From an uncultured Spirochaetia bacterium (lineage in GTDB: Bacteria; Desulfobacterota_D; UBA1144; Nemesobacterales; JADFKM01): a stretch of 64,000 nt of DNA. The position numbers and the translations under genes were made by a program. The stretch lies in NCBI GenBank assembly GCA_964639895.1, contig CAZXEJ010000006.1, positions 29 through 64,028 of the forward strand. The letters run 5' to 3'. Shown in pieces: positions 1 through 21,421 of the stretch (position 1 is the stretch's first letter; each line of letters opens with the position of its first letter). The notes under the pieces are model-generated. The model had not been told where the DNA came from. It made no database searches and worked only from the letters and a program-made list of their open reading frames with translations.

Positions 1-64
1 AGTGAATCCCCCTCGACCGGGGACGGTATGGAGTCGGACAAGGGTTGAAAAAGTTTCATGGGGT

Positions 65-141
65 AGGGCAGTAGCTCAATCTGGCAGAGCACTGGACTCC
101 AAATCCAGGGGTTGGGGGTTCGATTCCCTCCTGCCCTGCCA
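65..141 (+). tRNA. tRNA-Trp (CCA)
   Basis: Cloverleaf with acceptor stem AGGGCAG/CTGCCCT, D-arm AGCTCAATCTGGCAGAGC, anticodon arm CTGGA-CT-CCA-AA-TCCAG, T-loop GTTCGATTC and encoded 3' CCA. Lies in the canonical position just upstream of secE. Confidence 0.97.
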
Positions 142-165
142 CATGTGGCCGAAGGAATCATAGTT

Positions 166-369
166 ATGAATGCAGTTGGTTCGGTCGTCGACAGGACGGT
201 CAGGTTTGCAAAGAACGTCGAGCTCGAGATGAAGCGCATCACGTGGCCTTCGTTTCAGGAAACCGTCCGCTCGACGCTGGCCGTCATTGCGATCTCCATC
301 ATACTGGCTGCTTTCCTGGGGCTCGTGGATCTGGGATTTTCGTTCGTAGTCAGACTGGTTCTGGGTTGA
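166..369 (+). CDS. secE: Preprotein translocase subunit SecE
   Basis: EMKRITWPS motif followed by one TM helix ending LGLVDLG; between tRNA-Trp and nusG. Start moved to ATG 166, after the tRNA. Confidence 0.95.
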   Translation: MNAVGSVVDRTVRFAKNVELEMKRITWPSFQETVRSTLAVIAISIILAAFLGLVDLGFSFVVRLVLG

Positions 370-423
370 TGGAGTAGAGATCGTCCGGCCCGGGGGCGGC
401 GCAAGGGCACGGTGCAACAAGAT

Positions 424-981
424 ATGGCGAAAAAGTGGTACGTAGTCCATACGAACACCGGTTTCGAGGAGAAGGTCAAGGAGTACATCGAGCGCAAGGT
501 CAAGATGGAGGGGTTCGAGAACCTGATCGAAGAGGTGCTCGTTCCCATGGAGACCGTCATAGAGGCCGGCAAGAAGGGGAAGAAGAAGACCTCGAAAAGG
601 AAGTTCTTCCCCGGCTACATATTGGTCAAGATGGAGCTCAACGACAGGACGTGGCATTTCATCCGCGAGGTGCCGAAGGTGATCGGGTTCGTGGGCGGCA
701 GGTTCCGCGAGGGTAGAGTCGACACGGAGTCGGTGCCCGTTGTCGACGAGGAAGAGGTGGCCAGGATAAAGACCCAGATCGAGGAGGGGACGCTCAAGCC
801 CAGGCCGAGCGTGATGTTCGAGAAGGGCGAGACCGTAAAGGTCGTCGAAGGGCCTTTCTCCAACTTCACCGGTGTCATAGACGAGGTCAACGTGGAGAAG
901 ACCAAGGTCCAGGTGCTGGTCAACATCTTCGGCAGGGCCACGCCGATCGAGCTCGATTTCAACCAGGTGGAGAAGGTCTAG
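424..981 (+). CDS. nusG: Transcription termination/antitermination factor NusG
   Basis: [19 protein letters not shown] motif [28 protein letters not shown]. Confidence 0.98.
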   Translation: MAKKWYVVHTNTGFEEKVKEYIERKVKMEGFENLIEEVLVPMETVIEAGKKGKKKTSKRKFFPGYILVKMELNDRTWHFIREVPKVIGFVGGRFREGRVDTESVPVVDEEEVARIKTQIEEGTLKPRPSVMFEKGETVKVVEGPFSNFTGVIDEVNVEKTKVQVLVNIFGRATPIELDFNQVEKV

Positions 982-982
982 G

Positions 983-1399
983 ATGAAGAAGGTTATTGGA
1001 CAGATAAAGCTTCTCGTCGAGGCGGGTAAGGCAAATCCGGCCCCCCCTGTGGGTCCCGCGTTGGGACAGAAGGGGGTCAACATAATGGAGTTCTGCAAGG
1101 CCTTCAACGCCAAGACCTCGAAGATGGAGGGGCTGCTGCCGGTTATCGTGACCGTATATGCGGACCGCTCGTTCTCGTTCCACATCAAGACCCCTCCGGC
1201 CTCCTATCTGCTCAAGAAGGCGGCCGGGGTGGAAAAAGGGTCGGGAGACGTGCCCAGGGTCAAGGCTGGCAAGGTGACGAAGGAGCAGGTAAGAGAGATA
1301 GCCCGCAAGAAGATGCCCGATCTCAACACCGACGACGAGGAGCAGGCGGCAAGGATTGTGGAGGGGACGGCCAGGAGCATGGGCATCGAGGTCGTCTGA
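983..1399 (+). CDS. rplK: 50S ribosomal protein L11
   Basis: [26 protein letters not shown]; GTARSMGI. Confidence 0.99.
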   Translation: MKKVIGQIKLLVEAGKANPAPPVGPALGQKGVNIMEFCKAFNAKTSKMEGLLPVIVTVYADRSFSFHIKTPPASYLLKKAAGVEKGSGDVPRVKAGKVTKEQVREIARKKMPDLNTDDEEQAARIVEGTARSMGIEVV

Positions 1400-1495
1400 A
1401 TGTAGGCCGTGCTGGGCGGGCGAGCGGGCCCATTGTTACGAGTGCCCCGCGTAGGTGTGGCCTTGTTGGAAGAAGCAGCAAGTGGAGTGAGCGAT

Positions 1496-2224
1496 ATGGC
1501 GAAGCGACTCTCAAAGAAATACAGGGCGGCCCGTGAGAAGGTCGATCCCTCTAGACTCTACACCGTCGATGAGGCGATGGAGCTCCTGCCACAGACGGCG
1601 GTGGCCGCGTTCGACGAGACCGTCGAGGCCGCCGTCAAGCTGGGTATCGATCCCCGTCAGGCCGATCAGCAGGTCAGGGGTGCCGTCGTCCTGCCCCACG
1701 GCACGGGCAAAGACGTTCGCGTCCTGGTGTTCGCCCGTGGCGAGAAGGCCGCCGAGGCCCGCGAGAGTGGAGCAGATTTCGTGGGGCTCGACGATCTGGT
1801 GGAGAGGATAACCAAGCAGGGCTGGCTGGATTTCGACGTGGCAATCGCTACGCCCGACGTGATGGGTGTGGTGGGCAAGCTAGGCCGTCTTCTAGGCCCG
1901 CGCGGTCTCATGCCCTCGCCCAAGGTCGGCACGGTGACGATGGACGTGGCCCGGGCCGTAAAGGAGGCCAAGGGCGGCAAGATACAGATAAAGAACGACA
2001 AGGGAGGGGTGGTGCACGCCCCCATCGGAAAGGTGTCGTTCGGTCCCGCCAAGCTGAGGGACAACTTCCTCGTCTTCATGGACACGCTGATTAGGATGAA
2101 GCCCCCTGCGGCTAAGGGCAGCTTCGTGCGCAGGATTTCGGTCTCTACAACTATGGGGCCGGGCATAAGGATCGACCCGCTCAGCGTGCGCGAGGCGCTC
2201 AAAGGGTTCGAGGTGGCCGCATGA
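1496..2224 (+). CDS. rplA: 50S ribosomal protein L1
   Basis: [44 protein letters not shown]; GGAG RBS before ATG 1496. Confidence 0.99.
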   Translation: MAKRLSKKYRAAREKVDPSRLYTVDEAMELLPQTAVAAFDETVEAAVKLGIDPRQADQQVRGAVVLPHGTGKDVRVLVFARGEKAAEARESGADFVGLDDLVERITKQGWLDFDVAIATPDVMGVVGKLGRLLGPRGLMPSPKVGTVTMDVARAVKEAKGGKIQIKNDKGGVVHAPIGKVSFGPAKLRDNFLVFMDTLIRMKPPAAKGSFVRRISVSTTMGPGIRIDPLSVREALKGFEVAA

Positions 2225-2278
2225 TGTGCGGCGCGCCTTGGGCTTGCGTCGCTCTAAGACCGATGGTGGAGTCGTAGG

Positions 2279-2809
2279 ATGCTTACCAGAGAACGCAAGA
2301 GAGAGATAGTTGAAGAGTTCAACCGTAGGTTCCGTTCCAACCCCTCGTTCTTCGTCGTGGAGTACAAGGGGCTTACGGTAAAGGAGATGCAGCGGCTGCG
2401 CGGCCAGCTGAGAGAGGCGGGAGCCCGTCTCTCTGTGGTCAAGAACACGCTGCTGCGCAGGGCGTCCAAGGACACGGACGCCGAGAAGGTGGCCGATCTC
2501 TTCACCGGTCCCACCGCGGTGGCCCTCTGCGAAGGAGAGCCCGCCCCCGTGGCCAAGGTGTTCACCAAGGTGAAGAAGGAACTCCCCGTGCTTGTTGTCA
2601 AGGGAGCGCTCGTCGAAGGTTCTCCCCTCACCGAGAAGGAGATCGAGCGGCTGGCCAAGCTTCCTTCGAGGGAGGTGCTGCTGGCCCAGCTCCTTGGGGT
2701 GCTTTCGGCGCCGATGGCCAATCTGGCCGGCGTGCTGAGGCAGACGCAGGCGCGGCTTCTCCACGTGCTCGAGGCCGTACGGGAGAAGAAGGAGAAGGAG
2801 GGGGGCTGA
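2279..2809 (+). CDS. rplJ: 50S ribosomal protein L10
   Basis: YKGLTV, VVKNTLLRRA, LAKLPSREVLLAQLLG; synteny. Confidence 0.98.
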   Translation: MLTRERKREIVEEFNRRFRSNPSFFVVEYKGLTVKEMQRLRGQLREAGARLSVVKNTLLRRASKDTDAEKVADLFTGPTAVALCEGEPAPVAKVFTKVKKELPVLVVKGALVEGSPLTEKEIERLAKLPSREVLLAQLLGVLSAPMANLAGVLRQTQARLLHVLEAVREKKEKEGG

Positions 2810-2872
2810 GCCGGTGGTGCGGCCGCGGCCTCCAGAGCTTCAGAAAAACAATCAATCCGGAGGACAGTCTAG

Positions 2873-3271
2873 ATGGCTGAGATAACGAGAGCCGACGTCA
2901 TAAGCTATCTCGAGAAGGCGACGATGCTCGAGATATCCGAGCTCATCAAGGAGATAGAAGAGAAGTTCGACGTCAAGGCGGCCGCGCCGCAGGTTGCCGT
3001 GGCCGGCGTAATGCCCGCAGGCGCCGAGGCCGGCGAAGGGGCTGCTGCGGCCGAGGAGAAGGACGAGTTCGACGTCGTACTGAAGGAGATCGGGGCCAAC
3101 AAGATCCAGGTGATCAAGGCCGTGCGCGAGATCACCTCGCTCGGTCTCAAGGACGCCAAGGAACTGGTCGAGAGCGCTCCGAAGACGGTCAAAGAGGGTG
3201 TCAAGAAGGAAGAGGCCGAGGAGATAAAGAAGAAGCTCGAAGAGGCCGGAGCCACGGCGGAGATCAAGTAG
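2873..3271 (+). CDS. rplL: 50S ribosomal protein L7/L12
   Basis: [41 protein letters not shown]. Confidence 0.99.
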   Translation: MAEITRADVISYLEKATMLEISELIKEIEEKFDVKAAAPQVAVAGVMPAGAEAGEGAAAAEEKDEFDVVLKEIGANKIQVIKAVREITSLGLKDAKELVESAPKTVKEGVKKEEAEEIKKKLEEAGATAEIK

Positions 3272-3311
3272 TTTTTGTATTTGATCGGTTTTTCTTCGCT
3301 GACAACCGTTC

Positions 3312-3368
3312 GACCTTGCCATGGGTTTTCGCTCCCTGGGAGCCCAGACGGCGGGGTCTTGCCTTTTT
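3312..3368 (+). terminator. Probable rplL-rpoB intergenic attenuator/terminator hairpin
   Basis: GACCTTGCC pairs with GGCGGGGTC (with G-U pairs), inner TGGGTT/AGCCCA, followed by TTGCCTTTTT. Same position as the E. coli rplL-rpoB attenuator. Confidence 0.55.
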
Positions 3369-3401
3369 GCGGTCAAATCACACAAAGTCGGGGGTAGGAC
3401 T

Positions 3402-7559
<4,158 letters not shown>

Positions 7560-7578
7560 GTTGGGAGGTGTGGACGTA

Positions 7579-11673
<4,095 letters not shown>

Positions 11674-11698
11674 TCCGCTCCGTGACGAAGGTGTAGAA

Positions 11699-14404
<2,706 letters not shown>

Positions 14405-15614
14405 TCTACGGCGTCCCAGGGGCCCCTGTCCTCTCTCGACCCCAGAGGCGTGCCTGCTCCTTCTTTCCCCTTGGGTACGGGTTCACGACTACGTCGCTCC
14501 CCCGATGTGATATAGCGACGTATCACCTGAGACCAGACGCTTGTGACGTCTGCGTTCTCTCCAAAAACCGCCGTTTATCCCCCCCTATGTGTTTGAGTGT
14601 CGTCACGAGTGGTTTCAACGCTACTTCGACGGCCGCCATCCCTATCTATACCGCTCCCCGCTCCTCACGGTTTTCATAGTACGCCCACTTCACACGTCCT
14701 GCCGCGTGGGTTCACCCCAGTGGAGCACCTCTTCTCCCCTTTCCGCGCCGCCCTCCTGATACAGGTTCGGGCAGCATTCCACCCCTTCCATCAGTAGGTG
14801 TACCTGGGAATAACGTGTGTGCCTCGGCGGTTTGCCGCAAGACACAACACCCTCCCGCGCCCACCCCACCGGGTCATAATACCCCTTCGCTCGAGTTCAA
14901 CTACTCCCATTCACGCCCCACCCGCCGTTCCATCTAAGGGAGGCGCGTCCCTGCTCCTCATCGACACACCCACTCCACCCCGTGCGACCCCAATGATCAC
15001 TCCCCTACGTTGCTCACGTTTCCCTTTCCGTTGCACGATCCCTCGCCGTCGCCTCCCCGGACGACCTATCCTCCCCACTCCCACCCCCCTCAGCCTCCCC
15101 CCATGGCTGGGGCGTGCGCCGTTTCCATTGTGGATTGCGGGGCCGGGATTGAGGAAAGGGAGGCACCCCCCTCACTTCTTGGGTTTCAACCTTGTCCCGT
15201 AATCAGGGGCTTCGGTCTTCTCCCCATCCCATGCGCCGGCTCCATGCCGCGGCCCCACGACCGCTCCACGGGACGGGTTCTCCCGGAAGCCTGCATCGCC
15301 TCCCCCTCATGCGCGGTCAGGTTTCTTATCGGCAGCGACCGTATCCGGTCTCCTTCATCCGTGAGCCGAGCGATTAAGGGATCACTCGGCTTCGTGGCAC
15401 CAATGGTGCAGGGCACACCAAGATGGGGTCGTTCGAGGGGAAGGATTCACGGTCGCAGGGAACACATCCCTCCACACATGCTATTGTGGCCGCTTCCGGA
15501 GGCCGCCCGCTGTCGAGGCGGCATATCTCACGACCTCTACGTCCTTGCAGGGTTTTTGGCTTATTCCTCACCGGAGGAGGGGGTAGGGGAGGCGGCCTGC
15601 CGGGTGAGCGGTGC

Positions 15615-17021
15615 TCAGAACAGGTTGAGCTGGCGGAACTGCTTGCGCGCGTCGGTTATCTCCAGCGGGTAATCGCCCGTGAAGCACGCGTTGCAGAAGC
15701 TCTTGTCCCTGAGGGGTGCGTATTTCATGACGGCCCGCCTCATCCCTTCTAGGGAGAGGTAGCCCAGGGAATCGGCCGTAATGTACTTGTTGGTCTCTTC
15801 GACGCTCAGGCTGTTTGCTATGAGCTCTTCCGGCATGGGGGTATCGATGCCGAAATAACATGGGTGCTTCATAGGGGGAGAGCTTATCCGCATGTGTACC
15901 TCACGTGCGCCGGCGTCCCTTATCATCTTTACGATTTTTCGGCTCGTCGTGCCCCTCACGATGGAGTCGTCAACGATGACCACCCGCTTTCCGGCGAGCA
16001 CATCGCGGATGGCGTTGAGCTTCAGCTTGACCCCGAAGTGTCGTATCGATTGCTGAGGCTCGATGAAGGTGCGGCCCACGTAGTGGTTCCTCAGCAACCC
16101 CAGTTCCAGCGGGAAACCCGACTCCTCGGCATAGCCCATGGCGGCCGGGACGCCTGAATCAGGCACGGGGATGACGATGTCGGCCTCGGCCGGCTGTTCC
16201 TTGGCCAGCTCCTTTCCGAACTCCTTCCTCACCTTGTAGACGTTCTCGCCGAAGAGGTGGCTGTCGGGTCGAGAGAAATAGATGAACTCGAAGATACAGT
16301 GCGCGCACGTGGCCTCGGGGAAGGGCTTGAACGACTTCATTCCCTCGCTTCCGACGACGATGATCTCACCGGGCTCTACCTCGCGGTCGTACTCGGCCTC
16401 TATCAGGTCGAAGGCGCACGTCTCGGAGGCGAACACGTAGGCTTCACCCAGCCGGCCCATAACAAGGGGGCGGAATCCGTAGGGGTCGCGGGCCGCGATC
16501 AAGTACTCGGGTGACAGGAAGAGCAGACTGTAGGCCCCCTTGGTGGCAAGCAGCGCCTCGATGACGCTGCTCACCATATGCTCCTGGCGTGAGCGTGCCA
16601 TGAGGTGGATTATGACCTCCGTGTCGGTAGTGGACTGGAAGATGGCCCCACGAGCCTCCAGTTCACCGCGCAGGGTGCGTGCATTGGTGAGGTTGCCGTT
16701 GTGTGCTATGGCTATCTCGCCCCGCGAATAGGTGACGACGATAGGCTGTGTGTTTTTGGGGTGGCTTGAGCCGGTCGTAGAGTAGCGCACGTGCCCTATG
16801 GCCGCACGGCCGGGCAGGGTGGATAGGACGTCCTGAGTGAATATGTCGCTCACCAGGCCCATCTGTCGGTGGGCGTAGAGGCGGGTACCGTCGGTCGAAG
16901 CTATACCCGCACTCTCCTGACCGCGATGCTGCAGGGCGTGTAGGCCCAGATAGGTGAGGTTGGCGGCCTCCGAGTGGCCGTAGATGCCGAATACACCGCA
17001 GTGGTCTCTCAGTTCAAGCAT
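15615..17021 (-). CDS. purF: Amidophosphoribosyltransferase
   Basis: Short propeptide then CGVFG nucleophile, [22 protein letters not shown] motif, Fe-S cysteines (CIFE, CYFG, CNAC). Confidence 0.98.
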   Translation of the reverse strand: MLELRDHCGVFGIYGHSEAANLTYLGLHALQHRGQESAGIASTDGTRLYAHRQMGLVSDIFTQDVLSTLPGRAAIGHVRYSTTGSSHPKNTQPIVVTYSRGEIAIAHNGNLTNARTLRGELEARGAIFQSTTDTEVIIHLMARSRQEHMVSSVIEALLATKGAYSLLFLSPEYLIAARDPYGFRPLVMGRLGEAYVFASETCAFDLIEAEYDREVEPGEIIVVGSEGMKSFKPFPEATCAHCIFEFIYFSRPDSHLFGENVYKVRKEFGKELAKEQPAEADIVIPVPDSGVPAAMGYAEESGFPLELGLLRNHYVGRTFIEPQQSIRHFGVKLKLNAIRDVLAGKRVVIVDDSIVRGTTSRKIVKMIRDAGAREVHMRISSPPMKHPCYFGIDTPMPEELIANSLSVEETNKYITADSLGYLSLEGMRRAVMKYAPLRDKSFCNACFTGDYPLEITDARKQFRQLNLF

Positions 17022-19221
17022 GGCTTCTGACCAGGGTCTCGAACCCGTCCCTCCACGCCGTCCGAGCCGCGGTGAGCGGCACGTCGAACAACCCCTTGAT
17101 GGAGAGGCTCTCCCCACCGACACGGCCAACCGCGCGGGCCACGACGCCCAGGCGCCTTGCGGCCTTAAGCAGCGCTTCCAGGTCGCGCTCATCGAGCGAG
17201 ACGACGGCCCTAGCCTGTGATTCCGAAAACAACTTGCAACAGTCCCGCACCTCGATCGCATCCAGGTCGACCGAGGCCCCGAGATTGCCGTCGGGGGTGA
17301 AGCAGGCTTCAAGCAGCGCCACGACCAGGCCGCCCTCGGAGACGTCGTGGGCCGACTTGATTATGCCCGAGCCGATGGTTTCATACAACAGTCCGACCAG
17401 CGCTTTCTCGGCCTCGAGGTCGACGCGTGGAGGCCTGCCCAGCACGGTGCCGTGTACCACTTTGAGGTACTCGCTTCCACCGAGCTCCTCGGCCGTCTCG
17501 CCCAGCACCACTATGACGTCCCCTTCCTGTTTGAACCACTGTGTGGTGACGCGGGAGAGGTCCTCGACAAGGCCCACCATGGCCACGGTGGGCGTCGGGT
17601 AGACGGCCCCCAGGTCGCTTTCGTTGTAGAAGCTCACGTTTCCGCTCACCACGGGGGTTCCCAGGCTGCGGGCGGCGTGTGCGAGCCCTTCTACGGCCTC
17701 GATGAACTGCCACATCACCTCCGGGTTCTCGGGGTTTCCGAAGTTGAGGCAGTCGGTTACGGCGAGGGGGAGCGCCCCGCTGCAGGCGAGGTTTCGTGCG
17801 CTTTCGGCTACGGCCGTCTGGGCCCCCGTGCGTGGGTCGAGATAGCAGTATCGGGCGTTGCAGTTTACGGTGACTGCCACCGCCTTGTTGGTGCCCTTGA
17901 TGCGTATGACGGCAGCGTCCGACCCGGGAGGTACGACATTGTCGGTCCTCACCATGTGGTCGTACTGCTCGTACACCCACCGCTTGCTGGCTATGTTGGG
18001 CGAGGCCAAAACGCGAAGCACCGTCTCGGGATCGGGCCGGCGCGCGCACACCTCATCCAGGTCCAGGTGCGCTGTATCGTCCAGGTAGGCCGGCTTTCGG
18101 GCAGGGCGGTCGTAGGCGGGGGCGCCGTCTGTGAGAAGAGCAACGGGGAGATCGACCACCTTCTTGCCATCCTCCAGCACCTCCATCCTTCCCCCTTCGG
18201 TCACCTCCCCTATGACGGCGAAATCCACTCCCCACTTCTCGAAAACCTGCCGGGCTTCCTCTTCCCGGCCCTTCTTGACCACTATGAGCATCCGCTCCTG
18301 GGATTCAGAGAGCATCACCTCGTATGGGGTCATGCCTTCCTCGCGCCGGGGCACCCTGTCCAGGTACAGCCGTATACCGGTGCCCGCTCTTGAGGCCATC
18401 TCCGACGACGAAGACGTAAGCCCAGCCGCTCCCATGTCCTGTATGCCAACGATGACGTCGCGCTCGAACAGCTCGAGACAGGCCTCCAGCAGCAGCTTCT
18501 CCGTGAACGGATCGCCCACCTGGACGGCAGGCCGCTTCTCCTGGGCGGCCTCGCTCAGTGTGTCGGAGGCCATGACGGCACCGTGGATGCCGTCCCGCCC
18601 CGTCTTGGAGCCTACGTAGATGACGGGGTTGCCGGCACCTTCGGCTCTGCCTCGGAAAACCCTGTCCCGCCTGGTCACCCCAAGGGCGAACACGTTGACC
18701 AAAGGGTTGCCGTTGTAGCACGCTTCGAAGTGGAGTTCGCCCCCGACAGTGGGCACGCCGACGCAGTTTCCATAGCCTGCGATGCCGGACACGACGCCCT
18801 CAAGCAGGTAGATTGTCTTCGGGAGAGCGGGGTCGCCGAAGCGGAGCGAGTCGAGCAGCACGACGGGGCGCGCCCCCATGGTGAAGATGTCGCGCAGTAT
18901 GCCCCCGACACCGGTCGCCGCTCCCTGGTAGGGCTCTATGTAGGAGGGGTGGTTGTGACTCTCCATCTTGAACACCACGCACAGGCCGTCTCCTATGTCC
19001 ACTACGCCCGCGTTCTCGCCGGGGCCCTGTATGACGCGGTCGCCTGTAGTGGGTAACTTCCTGAGATGTATGCGGCTGCTCTTGTAGGAGCAGTGCTCGG
19101 ACCACATGGCGGCTATAAGGCCTATCTCCGTGTGGTTGGGTTCGCGACCGAGTGCGCTCACGGCCCTGCGGTACTCGTCGACCGTGAGCCCCTGTTGAAG
19201 AGCTGCTTCTAGGTTGTCCAT
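17014..19221 (-). CDS. purL: Phosphoribosylformylglycinamidine synthase subunit PurL (small type)
   Basis: [48 protein letters not shown]; overlaps the purF start. Confidence 0.98.
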   Translation of the reverse strand: MDNLEAALQQGLTVDEYRRAVSALGREPNHTEIGLIAAMWSEHCSYKSSRIHLRKLPTTGDRVIQGPGENAGVVDIGDGLCVVFKMESHNHPSYIEPYQGAATGVGGILRDIFTMGARPVVLLDSLRFGDPALPKTIYLLEGVVSGIAGYGNCVGVPTVGGELHFEACYNGNPLVNVFALGVTRRDRVFRGRAEGAGNPVIYVGSKTGRDGIHGAVMASDTLSEAAQEKRPAVQVGDPFTEKLLLEACLELFERDVIVGIQDMGAAGLTSSSSEMASRAGTGIRLYLDRVPRREEGMTPYEVMLSESQERMLIVVKKGREEEARQVFEKWGVDFAVIGEVTEGGRMEVLEDGKKVVDLPVALLTDGAPAYDRPARKPAYLDDTAHLDLDEVCARRPDPETVLRVLASPNIASKRWVYEQYDHMVRTDNVVPPGSDAAVIRIKGTNKAVAVTVNCNARYCYLDPRTGAQTAVAESARNLACSGALPLAVTDCLNFGNPENPEVMWQFIEAVEGLAHAARSLGTPVVSGNVSFYNESDLGAVYPTPTVAMVGLVEDLSRVTTQWFKQEGDVIVVLGETAEELGGSEYLKVVHGTVLGRPPRVDLEAEKALVGLLYETIGSGIIKSAHDVSEGGLVVALLEACFTPDGNLGASVDLDAIEVRDCCKLFSESQARAVVSLDERDLEALLKAARRLGVVARAVGRVGGESLSIKGLFDVPLTAARTAWRDGFETLVRSHA

Positions 19222-19255
19222 CGTCTCTTGAGGTGTCGCCTCGCCGATATTCCCT

Positions 19256-19261
19256 ATTATA
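19256..19261 (-). promoter_or_regulatory. Putative sigma70 -10 box for purL-purF
   Basis: Perfect TATAAT about 35 nt upstream of the purL ATG in GC-rich DNA; no clear -35. Confidence 0.5.
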
Positions 19262-19579
19262 CCTGCTTGCCGCCCCCGGCGGCTAGGAGGCGTGCACAGG
19301 GTGGGTTCCGCCGTGAGCCGCCGGTCTCTACCAGTAGGTGGCCGCGCGCAACGTGGTAAGGGGGAGCGCCCCCGCAAGAGAGTGATTTTCGGATGGGGGG
19401 CTCACGGCGGTGACGGCGGTGGCGCCCGTAAGGGTCGGCTGCGGCAAGAGCCGTTCCCCATGGATGCGATCCCTCCCTCCTCAAGCGGTCCTTCCGGTGC
19501 CCGATGGTCTGAGACGCGAGAAAACAGCCTCGCGTAGGTGTTGGAAGCGGAGCCCTGTACGGGAGGACGAAGCGGTCTC

Positions 19580-19772
19580 TACATCCTCACGAGGGGACGG
19601 CCGTGACGAGGGGACGGCCGTGGCAGGCGCTCTCGAAGAAGCCTCTACTTACTGTACCGTAATTGTTTCTGTTCCCATGTCGGAGGTCGCCTCGGCCGGC
19701 GTGTATCGACGATATGAAGCCAAGTACGCTGAGGAAATGAATGTATGCCTGGGAGTACTCGAAAGGTGGGGG
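19580..19772 (+). pseudogene. Possible decayed tyrosine-integrase C-terminal fragment
   Basis: Across frameshifts reads PHE..TAV / SHVGGR / AGVYRRYEAKYAEE..LERWG, resembling HDLRRTA / NHVSG..AGVYxRxxYxEE..LExW of P4-like integrases. By-eye match only. Confidence 0.35.
19589..19622 (+). repeat. Exact 17-bp tandem duplication
   Basis: ACGAGGGGACGGCCGTG occurs twice, at 19589-19605 and 19606-19622. Confidence 0.9.
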
Positions 19773-19853
19773 GCGGGCCTAGCGCGTGGGCTATGTAGTC
19801 ACCCAACCTCTACCGGCTGGGTCCGGTGCTGAATGGTGCAGCGGTTCCTGCCG

Positions 19854-21314
19854 TTATACGGCAGTCGCCTCCGAGTGGACCCTATCATCCTGTCGGGTCC
19901 GCCCGTAGACGGCGTAGCGGTGGTGAAGTTCCATGTACTTCGAGGGGTTACGCATCATCCTCATCAGGTTGAACACCTTGAGCGCGACACCCACGTTGTG
20001 GCGGGAGAGCTTGGCTAATATCTTGGACAGGAAGCGCAGGTTGAGCTTCGAAGAGACGTGTCCGTAGTTGAACAGCGCGGCATATCGCTCGTAGAACCTC
20101 TCAAGCGGAAGCCGTGTGGGAAGGACAGCGTGCAGGAGATCGTAGAAGTAGTAGTTGCGTGTCGTAAGTTCGTCCTTCCTCTCCTCGTAGACCTCCGTGC
20201 CCGGCAGCGGGGTCAGGATGGTGAACGTGGGGCCTGCCAGCTCGTGTGCCGCCACGTAGCGCTCCAGCTTGTCGAAGTCCTCCTCGTCGAAGGCGGGGTC
20301 GACGATGAACGTGGCAATGGGATGTATGCCGATCGAGCGGACGTAGTCGAGTGCCTGCTCGTTGATGGAGGAGGTGGTTCGCTTGTTCACCGATTTGAGA
20401 CCCTCGTCGTCCACCTTCTCGATACCTATGAAAAGCGTCTTGAGGCCCACTTCCCTCCAGAGCGCGATGAGGTCCTTGTGCCTTACGATGAGGTCGGCCC
20501 TCGTCTCGGCCGTATACTGCTTCTTCACCCCCTCGTGCTTGAGCATCAGGGCCAGCTTCTCCGATTCCTTGCGGTTTATGAACGCGATGTCGTCGGTGAA
20601 GAATATGTGGTCTTCCTCGATGGCGACGATCTCCTCGAGCGCCCGTTCCGGGTCTTTCACCCGCGCCTTGCGGTTGAAGAACACCCAAACGCTGCAGAAG
20701 TTGCAGTCGAAGGGGCAGCCGCGGCTTGTCTCCATTGTGGCCGAGGGCACGTCGAAGCCCACGTGATAGTGGTCGCGCAGGTGGCGTGTCAGGTGACGGG
20801 CCGGCAAGGGGAAGTCGTCGATGCTCTTTGCGAGCGGGCGGGGCCGGAACAGGCCTTCGCGTCGGGAGCGGCGCGTCAGCACGCCGGCCACTTCGGCCGG
20901 GTCTCCTCCCGCTTCGAGGCGGTCGGCGAGCTCGGCCGCCGTCGCTTCGCCTTCACCCACGCAGACGGCGTCCACGTCGTCGGTAAGCACGTCATCCGGA
21001 AGGAGCGAAGCGTGGTGTCCGCCCACGAAAACGAACGCCTTGCGATCGAACCCCTTTACGAAGCGGGCGATGTCCACGGTCGAGTATACGTCTGTCGTAA
21101 ACGAACAGCTTATGCCCACGGCCCGGGGACGGAAGCGGCGCAGCTCCTCTTCGAGGCGGCGCCTCTTCTCCACCTTGAGGTCCAGGATGCGTACGTCGTG
21201 GCCGTGCTCGATGAGCGGCGAGGCTATGGACTCCAGTCCCAGCGGCTCTGTGGTGACAATCTTGCTTATACCGAAACTCGTACCTTGGTTGGGTTGGATG
21301 AGAAGCACCTTCAT
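19854..21314 (-). CDS. Cobalamin-binding radical SAM enzyme (HpnR-like)
   Basis: N-terminal B12 domain (EPLGLE, VGGHHAS), CxxxCxxC motif SRGCPFDCNFC, TPLPGT, C-terminal LTTRNY..DLLHAVLPTRLPLERFYE as recalled for HpnR-family proteins. Confidence 0.85.
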   Translation of the reverse strand: MKVLLIQPNQGTSFGISKIVTTEPLGLESIASPLIEHGHDVRILDLKVEKRRRLEEELRRFRPRAVGISCSFTTDVYSTVDIARFVKGFDRKAFVFVGGHHASLLPDDVLTDDVDAVCVGEGEATAAELADRLEAGGDPAEVAGVLTRRSRREGLFRPRPLAKSIDDFPLPARHLTRHLRDHYHVGFDVPSATMETSRGCPFDCNFCSVWVFFNRKARVKDPERALEEIVAIEEDHIFFTDDIAFINRKESEKLALMLKHEGVKKQYTAETRADLIVRHKDLIALWREVGLKTLFIGIEKVDDEGLKSVNKRTTSSINEQALDYVRSIGIHPIATFIVDPAFDEEDFDKLERYVAAHELAGPTFTILTPLPGTEVYEERKDELTTRNYYFYDLLHAVLPTRLPLERFYERYAALFNYGHVSSKLNLRFLSKILAKLSRHNVGVALKVFNLMRMMRNPSKYMELHHRYAVYGRTRQDDRVHSEATAV

Positions 21315-21421
21315 GTAAATAGAATATCTCACATAGGAGCCCTAAATACAAGTGTTCCGGCCGCTCGACTAGCGGGGGGTGGGATGGAAGACGGCGTAAA
21401 AATTAGGTATCTTAATCGTTC

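Noticed and set aside
1-5. Possible stop codon of rpmG upstream of tRNA-Trp
   Set aside because: Only AGTGA is visible; expected from synteny but not supportable from this window.
14480-15215. Scattered GTTTC/GTTC starts suggesting a decayed CRISPR array
   Set aside because: The following bases do not align into a common repeat and the spacing is irregular.
19222-19260. Purine-related riboswitch upstream of purL
   Set aside because: The predicted leader is only about 30 nt and no purine, ZTP or PRPP aptamer consensus is visible.
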